A stretch of DNA of 64,000 bases from Octopus sinensis (Eukaryota): assembly GCF_006345805.1 (NCBI RefSeq), contig NC_043017.1, forward strand, positions 11,470,001-11,534,000. Direction: 5' to 3'. Under the pieces are notes generated by a model that was not told where the DNA came from, ran no database searches, and worked only from the letters and a program-made list of their open reading frames with translations. Position numbers and translations under genes: made by a program. Of the stretch, positions 54,400 through 64,000 are shown one piece after another; positions within the stretch are counted from its first letter, which is position 1; each line of letters begins with the position of its first letter.

Positions 54400-54700
54400 T
54401 AATCTCGCTGAAACGATCCAACCGGGTCCAGACAGCATTCACTCCCACGTCGCAAATTCGACCGAAATGCTATCCAAGAGTTCGAGTGGAGAGTTCTACC
54501 ACTCCCACTGTATTCTCTTGATATTTCACTTTCAGATTATTACATTTTCCGGTCTCTCTCCAACAGTCTGGGAGGCGCTTCGTTCTACAACGGTGTGGAG
54601 CTGGAAACGGGACCAGATAAATCTACATTGATTTTTACCATCAAGACATTGACAAGTTAGTGGAACGTTAGCAATAAGTCATCAGCACAAACATTTATTA
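54400..54700 (+). mobile_element. Mariner transposase remnant (third-Asp region)
   Basis: AIQEFEWRVLPLPLYSLDISLSDYYIFRSLSNSL resembles the mariner WEVLPHPPYSPDLAPSDYHLFRSL motif. Confidence 0.8.
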
Positions 54701-54738
54701 CCGACTCATTTGTTAAAATTGTAGATGAAAAATAAAGG

Positions 54739-55031
54739 GGCAATCTTTCGTCTCTTGTAGACCTTTCCGTCGATTTCCGTAAAAAAAATTTTTTTTTTTA
54801 CATATGGGCTTGCGGGAACTTTTGAAGTAATGAGAGCGAAAGAGACTAAGAGAAAGCGATTGTATGACGAGGGAAGTTCGTTTGAAGTTACCGTGCATGG
54901 GAGCATTGATGTACATGTGTGTGTGTGTGTGTTTGATGGGGTGTGGGAGACCGCAAGCCCATATGTAAAAAAAAAAAAAGAAGTTTTTTACGGAAATCGA
55001 CGGAAAGGTCTACTAGAGACGAAAGATCGCC
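54739..55031. mobile_element. MITE with GG-starting long TIRs and 8-bp TSD (Merlin-like); longer copy at 60301-60726
   Basis: GGC(A/G)ATCTTTCGTCTCT.GTAGACCTTTCCGTCG termini; TSD AATAAAGG at 54731-54738 and 55032-55039. Superfamily is inferred from GG ends plus 8-bp TSD. Confidence 0.75.
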
Positions 55032-55460
55032 AATAAAGGATTAAAATAAAGGGGAAAATGAACGAATTCCTCTGACGACATAATATATGATACACACGCA
55101 CATATGTGTGCGTGTGTATGTGTGTGAATGTGTAACTATACATTTGTTGAGGATTGCGTGAGTGTACACGTGTGTGTGAGTGTATGTGTAAGTATGTTAC
55201 ATAAGACATGCAACGAGTGGTTGGCTTTCTTTAAAGCTACTTTCTCATGTTTATCACAGAGATCGTGTTACCAGGAACTCTGTTGAAATAAGATTAAATC
55301 AGTGATTTATCAAGGGAATTGACGCATTGGTTTCTGTTCTGTGTTCTATAAATAACAGTAAATTGCCCCCCATAAAAACTGCTTAGACAATTAGATAGAT
55401 ACTGAATTCAAGAATTTTATAATTTCTAGTATCAAAACACGAATGTCTAGCTTCACTCAC

Positions 55461-55505
55461 CATAACCAGATTCTCGTGGGTCGACGTTCGGACGTTTCTA
55501 GAGCC
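55461..55505 (-). other. Candidate 45-nt upstream exon ending in ATG (5' UTR or N-terminal coding) of the CCP gene
   Basis: Strong acceptor atgttttcactttcatag| and donor ATG|gtgagt; CpG-rich; phase-0 frame open (GSRNVRTSTHENLVM). No transcript evidence. Confidence 0.35.
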
Positions 55506-55636
55506 CTATGAAAGTGAAAACATATATCTCGATTGAAGTTGGTGTTTTCCAGACTGTGCTGGGAAAGTGTTTTCGTACAAAATCAAGCTGTTTCAGATGT
55601 GGAAAGTAAACTAGAGAACAGTAAGCAAGCCAGGAA

Positions 55637-56036
55637 TCTCTCTATATAAACGGCAGTTTGTCTGTCTGTGTGTCTGTCAGGTTGTACCCTCACCCTGACC
55701 ACGGCTTTCAACCGATTCTGATGAAACTTGACACACACATAGCCCAATGTCATAATTCAAAACTAACGCAGCGAAAATTTTGAAAAGTTCCCCCAGTTCT
55801 GAAAAATATCGATAAATTCGACATGGGGTGTCGAGAATCTAAGCTTTTTATATGCAACACATTTTCTGTCGGGAGACAGCTAGGAACATCGTATACATAG
55901 AAGTATTCGAGTGAAGAGAAGACATTGCAACCTACACATGCGCCTTCGTTCCCTGGAGGAAAATAACTAGATTGGGATTAGTCGTTGCCTACTAGGGGCT
56001 CTTACATACTCGGACAACGCCGGGCTATGCTGCTAG
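55637..56036 (+). mobile_element. Non-autonomous Helitron-like element
   Basis: Inserted between A and T; 5' TC, 3' CTAG; subterminal hairpin CTCGG-ACAACG-CCGGG at 56009-56024; no TSD. Confidence 0.8.
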
Positions 56037-56150
56037 TATGTTATAAAGCTTGTTCTGTCGTATATAATTTCTAGCGCTCAAACCAGGACAACGTTGATGA
56101 TATTGTAGGTAACATGGTTAATGTAGTTTGGTGTCTTAACAAAAAATGAG

Positions 56151-56566
56151 GGATCTTTTCGGTTTGAACGGCAGTTTTTAACATAATTTCTAGGTAACTA
56201 AAAAATTTTAAACTTCGTATACTGGTAGAATGTGTTTATAAAACATCTTTTTCTCTTGGCTTTGTTGAGAAAATTTTATAGTTTGTAAGATATCGTTGTT
56301 TTTTTCTTCAATTTCTGCAATTTCAACCAATCAATGACGTCCATTGAGGTAAAAAAACATTCTGTGCCGTAATGAATATGTCCCTCGTTTAAGAAACAGT
56401 TTGGGTTTATTTACATTTCTGAAGAAAAAAAGATACCCTTCCCCCCACCGCTAACCCTAACCCTAAAACAGATTGAAATGCAATAGATCGATACTAGGGT
56501 CATAATTATAGGTGACAATTTCGTATGACACCACTAGAAAAAACTGCCGTTCAAACCGAAAAATCC
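56151..56566. mobile_element. MITE with ~29-bp TIRs and 9-bp TSD; partial copy at ~58460-58600
   Basis: GGATCTTTTCGGTTTGAACGGCAGTTTTT...AAAAACTGCCGTTCAAACCGAAAAATCC; TSD AAAAATGAG at 56142-56150 and 56567-56575. Confidence 0.88.
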
Positions 56567-56903
56567 AAAAATGAGAATAAATTACTATAGAAACTAGGGG
56601 TGACGGCAGTGAAATCTAATAATTTCATTATACAAGCATACCCCAACTTACGTCGTTAATTAGGTAGAAAACGAGACTTAAATCCCAAAACGACGTAACA
56701 CGAAAAAACATTTTAAAAAATGTTACTAATATGGCTTTTACATATTTTTATGTGTTTTAATTTTACACTTCTGATCACCGGACTCCATGTGTTTCCCTCA
56801 GAAAAACTGAAATTGGCGGTGATTTAACCCCTTGGTTTGGATAAAGTTTACGGTTTGTATTACATGTCCCATTTCTAAGGCTTTAGCGCACAGCGTTTCC
56901 TGG

Positions 56904-57231
56904 TGTTAAAAGACTCCGCCGGTTACGACGACGAGGGTCCCAGCTGATACGATCAACGGAACAGCTTGCTCGTGAAATTAACGTGCAAATGGCTGAGCAT
57001 TCCACAGACACGTGTACCCTTAACGTAGTTCTCGGGGATAATCAGCGTGACACAGAGAGTGACAAGGCTGACCCTTTGAAATACAAGTACAACTCATTTT
57101 TGCCAGCTGAGTGGACTGGAGCAACGTGAAATAAAGTGTCTTGCTCAAGGACACAACGCGTCGCCGGGAATCGAACTCACAACCTTACGATCATGAGCCG
57201 AATGCCCTAACCACTAAGCCACGCGCCCTCA
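56904..57231 (-). mobile_element. SINE sharing the family A 3' tail but with an F-like head/core
   Basis: Reverse complement GTGAGGGCGCGTGGCTTAGTGG...CCTTGAGCAAGACACTTTATTTC...GTCACTCTCTGTGTCACGCTG. Confidence 0.85.
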
Positions 57232-57425
57232 CGTTTCCTGGTGTATGATGCAGTGAAATGTTGTCGATTCACCAGAGCAGTTCTCTTCTTGCATCTTTAA
57301 ATCTATCCTACCAATTAGTTCACTTTCTTCATTGCACATCGCCGGTGCTTCATCTGTTTTAAGTCGAACAAGTTTGTCCCAAGGCAGTTTCATGTCGGTT
57401 ATACTCTGACATGTTTTTTTCAAAA
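57232..57425 (-). mobile_element. hAT transposase fragment (SPIN/Charlie/GTF2IRD2-like)
   Basis: LPWDKLVRLKTDEAPAMC...FHCIIHQE corresponds to the hAT TDGAPAM and HCIIHQ motifs. Confidence 0.8.
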
Positions 57426-57506
57426 AGGTCCTATTGTATCGAATCGTTAACGAAATTTAGAACGATGAACAGCCGATGCACGAGACACAATTATATTTCT
57501 GCAAAA

Positions 57507-58107
57507 AGGCGGCGAGCTGGCAGACACGTTAGTGCGCCGGGCTGAATGCTTAGCGGTATTTCGTCTGTCGTTACGTTCTGAGTTCAAATTCCGCCGAGGT
57601 CGACTTTGCCTTTCATCCTTTCGGGGTCGATAAATTAAGTACCAGTTACGCACTGGGGTCGATGTAATCGACTTAATACCTATGTCTGTCCTTGTTTGTC
57701 CCCTCTGTGTTTAGCCCCTTGTGGGTAATAAAGAAATAGGTATTTCGTCTGTCGTTACGTTGTGAGTTCAAATTCCGCCGAGGTCGACTTTGCCTTTCAT
57801 CCTTTCGGGGTCGATAAATAAAAGTACCAGTTTCGCACCGGGTCGATGTAATCGACTTAATCCCTTTGTCTGTCCTTGTTTGTCACCTCTGTGTTTAGCC
57901 CCTTGTGGGTAATAAAGAAATAAGTATTTCGTCTGTCGTTACGTTCTGAGTTCAAATTCCGCCGAAGTTGACTTTGCCTTTCATCCTTTTGGGGTCGATA
58001 AATAAAAGTACCAGTTTCGCACTGGGGTCGATGTAATCGACTTAATACCTATGTCTGTCCTTGTTTGTCTGCTCTGCGTTTAGCCCCTTGTGGGTAATAA
58101 AGAAATA
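57507..58107 (+). mobile_element. SINE B trimer (one full plus two 184-bp headless units) inside one 15-bp TSD
   Basis: Junctions at ~57740 and ~57924; TSD TATATTTCTGCAAAA at 57492-57506 and 58108-58122. Confidence 0.92.
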
Positions 58108-58689
58108 TATATTTCTGCAAAATCAGGCATCTTGTTTTTGTGGAAGTGTTATACGTTTTCTAAATAATGGATTAAAAGCAAAAAACAGTAACTAGTGCAC
58201 CATCGATTTTCTTGCAATTGATAGTCCGGCACATCCTTTAATCCGGGTAAAATTTATATGAGGGGAGCTTAAAATCACCGTGGCCGCCTGTTGGTGGTAT
58301 TTGCACGTGACAGTGCTGTCAACCAAGATTTCGAGAGATCCTCTGTTTATTAGCTTCTACTTACTTTTAGCTATGGCTTCCATAGGAAAGACAACAGATA
58401 GCATCAAATAGACCATGGTGTTTTGGTGGCATAAACTGTGTGATACGCGCGCACATATGTATTTTAAACTTCGTATACTGGTAGAATGTGTTTATAAAAC
58501 ATCTTTTTCTCTTGGTTTTGTTGAGAAAATTCTATAGTTTGTAAGATATCGTTGTTTTTTTTTATTCAATTTCTGCAATTTCAACCAATCAATAACGTTT
58601 TCAACTGCCCATTGTGGTTGTGGGAATTTAGTAACCGGGACAAAATGAGTAACTTTTGATTTCTCGTTATTTTCACCCCACCTGTTTGA

Positions 58690-58945
58690 AATCATTACAT
58701 TGCAAGTATCGCATCATTATTTCGTACTCATGCACCATCTTTAGGGGTAAAAATTGGTCGGCATAGTTTGGGATTTTGTTCGGTGTTTCTTTATTGAAGT
58801 GTCCATGCGCATGTTCTTTTATATGGACGTGCAATTTCCTGGTGGCATTCCTTATGTAGGATACTGCACCTTTACTGCAGACTACTTCGTATATCCCATC
58901 GGCCCTCGAGCACGTTCCGATGTCGTCGATGGGGTAACTGGTTAG
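58690..58945 (-). mobile_element. Penelope-like GIY-YIG endonuclease remnant (N-terminal half)
   Basis: GIYEVVCSKGAVSYIRNATRKLHVHIKEH resembles GIY...YIG...R.L..R.KEH. Confidence 0.65.
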
Positions 58946-58967
58946 TGCGCACCCTACGATACTACCT

Positions 58968-59340
58968 ATTTCTTTACTACCCACAAGGGGCTACACACAG
59001 AGAGGACAAACAAACGGATTAAGTCAATTATATCAACCCCAGTGCGTAACTGGTACTTATCTAATCGACCCCGAAAGGATGAAAGGCAAAGTCGACCTCG
59101 GCGGAATTTGAACTCAGTACGTAATGGCAGACAAGATACCTATATCTTTATTATCCACAAGGGGCTAAACACAGAGGGGACAAACAAGGACAGACATAGG
59201 TATTAAGTCGATTACATCGACCCTAGTGTGAAACTGGTACTTAATTTATCGACCCCGAAAGGATGAAAGGCAAAGTCGACCTCGGCGGAATTTGAACTCA
59301 GAACGTAACGGCAGACAAGATACCGCTAAGCATTTCGCCC
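58968..59340 (-). mobile_element. SINE B dimer inside one 13-bp TSD
   Basis: Junction at 59140/59141 (GATACC|TAT); TSD TACGATACTACCT at 58955-58967 and 59342-59354. Confidence 0.9.
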
Positions 59341-59399
59341 TTACGATACTACCTGTGGTATTTTTCTTCAACCGGACCTTCTTTGGGGATGGACCGGTA

Positions 59400-59790
59400 T
59401 GCAATCGGTTGTGCACCATCCGCACAGAAGTGCCAAACGCAGGATTTTAAAGTTCCCTCAGTACCACCCAACGCAACAGGAGCAATCTCAGAATCACGGA
59501 GGCCCTCCTTATAACCAAATTAAGACAAGCCATTAACAATAGGAAGGAACTACGCGAAGCAGAACATTTGCGACAACAAATACCATTCTGCGCATGTCGC
59601 CTTCTTCCTTCCTCTTCCACACACCTGAGCAACGACTTTTCCAACTTCTTTTTCCACCTGTCCTGAAGAAAGGGTCCTTTCCCAGAAATATAAGGTAAAA
59701 CTGCAACTTTGTTTTGTTTTCTTTTCCTTTTGTAGTTTATTTTGTACATTCTCGCATTGTCCTCCGCCTTACACAACAATATACATATAT
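59400..59790 (+). mobile_element. Penelope-like 3' end (GIY-YIG C-terminus and degenerate hammerhead-like CTGAAGA...GAAAT)
   Basis: NLRITEALLITKLRQAINNRKE resembles the GIY-YIG EALLI..L.P.IN motif. Confidence 0.6.
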
Positions 59791-60010
59791 ATCAAAGTAA
59801 AATTGGAAGGTACCGCTCGAGTGAAAATGTACAGAGAACAGGATTTGAAAATGTAGAGGTCTTTTAAAGATGTTTGTTGTCTTGAATAGTTTCACCTTTT
59901 TTTTTTTTTTCTAATATTTTCAAAAGTAAAGTTCAAGGCTTTGTATAGCATTTGTGGTGTTAAAGATTAGTTAACATAAATATATTAAAAGACAGTGATA
60001 ACGTCTTTAA

Positions 60011-60230
60011 CCCTTTTGTTACTGTATTTATTTTGAGATGCTCTGTGTTTCTTTCAATTATTTTAAATATAACAAAGAATTTAGTAAAATAACTTAGTTA
60101 TCATTAAGCTAGTGTTAGGAACATAAATTGTGACAAAGGTTTGGTGGAAGATTTTAATTCAAAACTTCTGAAAATAAGATATTTGTACTCAGAGCCAGAG
60201 GCGGTTTCAGTCGGGTTGGTAATGAAAGGG
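60011..60230. mobile_element. 220-bp TTAA MITE (same family as 4187-4406)
   Basis: TTAA at 60007-60010 and 60231-60234; the empty site is visible in the duplicated flank at 60772-60775. Confidence 0.9.
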
Positions 60231-60300
60231 TTAACAATGTATACTGGAGATGAAAAAACTAAAGCGTTAAACCCGGTCAAAGAAACAAAAATAAAAAATG

Positions 60301-60726
60301 GGCAATCTTTCGTCTCTAGTAGACCTTTCCGTCGATTTCCGTAAAAATTTAAATTTTTTTTTTACATATGGGCTTGCGGGAACTTTTGAAGTAATGAATG
60401 CGAAAGAGACTAAGAGAAAGCGATTGTATGACGAGGGAAATTCTTTTGAAGTTACCGTGCATGTGAAGCATTGATGTACATGTGTGTGTGTGTGTTTGAT
60501 GGGGTGTGGGAGACAGACAGTATGTTGTGTAAGTGAAGTGCTTCTGTTAGTGTGTGTGAAGAGACAGAGTAATGTGTGAAAGAAAGAGATAACTGAAATT
60601 TTTTACTCGGTGTATGTGTATATGTATGTATATTACTTCAAAAGTTCCCGCGAGCCCATATGTGAAAAAAAAAAAATTTTTTTTACGGAAATCGACGGAA
60701 AGGTCTACTAGAGACGAAAGATCGCC
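60301..60726. mobile_element. Merlin-like MITE, ~95-bp TIRs, no matching TSD
   Basis: Same termini as 54739-55031; flanks differ from each other. Confidence 0.8.
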
Positions 60727-60803
60727 AAAGATTAGTTAACATAAATATATTAAAAGACAGTGATAACGTCTTTAACAATGTATACAAGACTGGAGATGGA
60801 AAG

Positions 60804-61849
60804 AAACTAAAGCGTTAAACCCGGTCAAAGAAACAAAAAGAAAATAGTGTAATATGTGTAAAACAACTTCCTCTAAACGAATATGAAAAAAAAAATGCGC
60901 GCACGCGAAAGGGGAGTGGGGGAGATGCCTCGGAAAATTCACATCGGGAATTTCCGAAAGCGTCTGAGGGGCAGGCCCGGGCACCAAAACAAAAAAAAAT
61001 AGTGTAATATGTGTAAAACAACTTGCTCTAAACGAATATGACAAAAGAAATGCGCACTCGCGAAAGGGGGGGGGGGAGAGGCCTCGGAAAATTCACATCG
61101 GGAATTTCCGAAAGCGTCTGAGGGGCAGGCCCGGGCACCAAAACAAAAAAAAATAGTGTAATATGTGTAAAACAACTTGCTCTAAACGAATATGACAAAA
61201 GAAATGCACACTCGCGAAAGGGGGGGGGGGAGGCCTCGGAAAATTTACATCGGGAATTTCCGAAAGCGTTTTTTGCGGAATACGTACAAAAATACGGAGT
61301 TTATGATTCATGTGTGAGTGTGTGTTCTTGATAATCGTTTAGGACAAGTAGTTTTACACCAATTACACTATTTTTTTCTTAGTTTAAAGGCCGTGGACTG
61401 AAAATGTGAAATTTCCGAGGCCTCTCCCCCACCCCTCTTTCGCGAGCGCGCATTTTTTTCATCATATTCGTTTAGAGCAAGTTGTTTTACACCTATTACA
61501 CACATTTTTTTTGTTTTTGTGCCCGGGTCAGACGCTTTGGAAAATTCCCGATGTAAATTTTCCGAGGCCTCTCCCCCACCCCCCTTTCGCGAGTGCACAT
61601 TTCTTTCGTCATATTCGTTTAGAGCAAGTTGTTTTACACATATTACACTATTTTTTTTTTTGTTTTTGTGCCCGGGTCTGCCCCTCAGACGCTTTCGGAA
61701 ATTCCCGATGTGAATTTTCCGAGGCCTCTCCCCCACTCCCCTTTCGCGTGCGCGCATTGTTTTTTTCCTATTCGTTTAGAGGAAGTTGTTTTACACCTAT
61801 TACACACATTTTTTTTTCGTTTCTTTGACCGGGTTTAACGCTTTAGTTT
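60804..61849. mobile_element. Foldback-type element: inverted arms each made of ~3 tandem ~155-bp units, ~100-bp spacer
   Basis: Termini AAACTAAAGCGTTAAACCCGGTCAAAGAAAC and its reverse complement; unit marker AGTGTAATAT at 60846, 61001 and 61155; the right arm is the reverse complement. Confidence 0.85.
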
Positions 61850-61986
61850 AACCAAAAAAGGTTGGTCATTCTGCTAAAATCCTTATAAACAGCTATGATG
61901 TCTGATAAATTTTTGACTAAGCGATACACACTTTCTCCTATCAAATACTGTCTACAAATTCTTTCTGTATCTATGCTTATAAATAA

Positions 61987-62377
61987 CTAGCAGTATCACC
62001 CAGCGTTGCTCGGGTTTGTTTCTCCCCTTTAGAAATGAAATTTTTGAAAAGTAAAATTTTTGCATTATGTAGCTTGTTATTCTCTTGAAATGAACATTTT
62101 TCTGGTTGAAATACACCGGAAAATGCGACACAGCAGTCAAAAAATCGTAAAAAATAGGGATTTTCATAGAAAAAAAAAAGCACCTTTTTGACGTAAATAA
62201 TTTTTGGTGTTAACATGGTCCGATTTGAATTTTTTCTTCAACGGAAGGAATAACAAGCCTTCTTCTATCATACTCTCTATTTTGGTCAACTTACGCCGCA
62301 GGGTCTCGAAGGAGATAGTGTTAGTTGAAGGCTAACAAACCTGCCATACACAGACAACTTCAGCTTTATATATAAGA
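61987..62377 (-). mobile_element. Non-autonomous Helitron-like element
   Basis: Reverse complement starts TCTTATATATAAAGCTGAAGTTGTCTGT and ends CCCGAGCAACGCTGGG...CTAG. Confidence 0.75.
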
Positions 62378-63313
62378 GTGAGATTATGATTTCTGATGAA
62401 CTTATAAACAATTAGGAACTTATTTTACTAACTATTTTGAACACTTTGACATAAACTGTTTTAAGCACAAAGCCTCTAAATATCAACAGATAACATCTTA
62501 AACATTAGAGATGAAATCTCTGGACATTCTCAAGGAAACAAAGGAACGTTTCCTATTCAATCTTACCAGTATGACACCAACAGCTTTGTTCCTTCTGTCA
62601 AACCTCCTCCTCCTCTTAATTTATTAAACCCTTTCTTATCCCTCAGTTCCTCTCTCACCTCATCTTTTCCCTTCCCTTCACCTGTTTCTCTTCGTTTCAT
62701 TACACTTTTCTTCTTCCTTTTCACAATGTTTCTTCTACCTCTTCTACCTCTTGTTCAGGTATGAAGCTTATATGATCTTGTGTTCCTTATCATTTGCAGC
62801 CAGTCTTATTTTTTTCTCCAACATGTAAAGCTCTGTTGTCTAATTAATTTCTCCTCTTTCGACTTTAACCCTGAAGAAAGACTGTGTCCAAAATGTTACA
62901 TTTTCCACTCCACAAGTTTACAGTACCCTTTTTATTGATTTCACTACATATTGATAGATATATATTCTGGTGGGACTACTGGAAATTCCATGGAATGGAA
63001 AATATTAAGAGGATTTATTCAATAAAGAAAGGATGATTTGCATTTTTATAGCATTCATAGTTTAGCTTTCTTTAAATATTCTTGACGTTCATCCACATTC
63101 GTCTCCTCACGTCTCTATCACGTGGTGTCTTTTTCCTCTTTTTCTTACATCTTCTTGCTGTTCCTCTCTGATCAGTGCTCTATATCTGCGCATCCTTTCT
63201 TGAGCAGCTTGCAACCATGTTTCCTGTTAATCCAGTCTTTAGGCTAAATTAACCCTTAGAAGCAAATATCAATTTTTTAAACAAGCAGACAAAAAATAAT
63301 TGCATTTATGCGC

Positions 63314-63718
63314 AGGCGCAAGAGTGGCTGTGTGGTAAGTAGCTTGCTTACGAACCACATGGTTCCGGGTTCAGTCCCACTGCGTGGCACCTTGGGTAAG
63401 TGTCTTCTACTATAGCCTTGGGCCGACCAAAGCCTTGTGAGTGGATTTGGTAGACGGAAACTGAAAGAAGCCTGTCGTATATATGTATATATATATGTGT
63501 ATGTGCGTGTTTGTGTGTCTGTGTTCCCCCCCCCCCACAACATCGCTTGACAACCGATGCTGGTGTGTTTACGTTCCCGTAACTTAGCGGTTCGGCAAAA
63601 AGAGACCGATAAAATAAGTACTAGGCTTACAAAGAAGAAGTCCTGGGGTCGATTTGATCGACTAAAAAGGCGGTGCTCCAGCATGGCCACAGTCACATGA
63701 CTGAAACAAGTAAAAGAG
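63314..63718 (+). mobile_element. SINE family D, well-preserved copy
   Basis: A-box-like TGGCTGTGTGG, B-box-like GGTTCAGTCCC; homologues at 39891, 10467 and ~33320. Confidence 0.85.
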
Positions 63719-63802
63719 TATGCCTTAAACAATGGTCATTGTGAAAAAAAATCAGTTCGCTAAAAAGAATACTTTTTGCTATCAACACACCACTGCTATC
63801 TG

Positions 63803-63834
<32 letters not shown>

Positions 63835-64000
63835 ATAACTGTTTCCGCTGTCCATCTTTCTCTATCTACCTTTTTAATCACATTTTTTCTTCCCCATCCC
63901 ACCACACATCATTAACACTTCTCTCTCCCTCTTTTTCTCTCATTGTCTTTTTCTCTTGTTCGTCACCTCTACCTTCAGCTGACTGTGTGACCATTTGGCC

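Noticed and set aside
56450-56466. Telomere-like CCCTAA repeats
   Set aside because: Under three units and internal to a TSD-bounded MITE; not an interstitial telomere.
57507-58107. Regular repeats resembling a CRISPR array (also 60841-61270)
   Set aside because: Units are 155-184 bp with no unique spacers; eukaryotic SINE/TE origin; no cas genes.
58283-58310. CTCF-like motif (revcomp CCAACAGGCGGC) next to an E-box CACGTG
   Set aside because: A single short match is expected by chance in 64 kb; cannot be supported without ChIP or conservation data.

Overview
Eukaryotic, AT-rich, repeat-saturated genomic DNA. The repeat families and microsatellite load look like an octopus/cephalopod genome (inferred from recalled repeat families, not a database result). 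There is one well-supported host gene, on the minus strand: a signal-peptide exon (45803-45878), a ~36 kb intron, then four phase-1/phase-1 exons each encoding one complete Sushi/CCP domain (9341-9544, 8610-8786, 7067-7249, 1792-1980). It may end in a basic tail exon (1033-1232) or continue past the window start. The rest is intron/upstream DNA filled with several tRNA-derived SINE families, decayed RTE, CR1, R4/Dong-like and Penelope-like retroelements, mariner/Tc1 and hAT transposase remnants, MITEs, Helitron-like elements and simple repeats; most ORF-track entries are microsatellite artefacts. Most notable: (i) alternating-orientation near-identical SINEs bracketing the in-frame CCP exons (possible circRNA/skipping/editing scaffold); (ii) a near-perfect 114-bp-arm hairpin in intron 1; (iii) minimal hammerhead-ribozyme motifs with covarying stems in Penelope-like termini; (iv) SINE multimers inside single TSDs joined at a recurrent GGTAT microhomology; (v) a ~1 kb foldback element upstream of the gene whose tandem units carry consensus NF-kB sites. 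Family labels A/B/D/F are my own working names; coordinates were counted by eye and may be off by a few bases where marked approximate.
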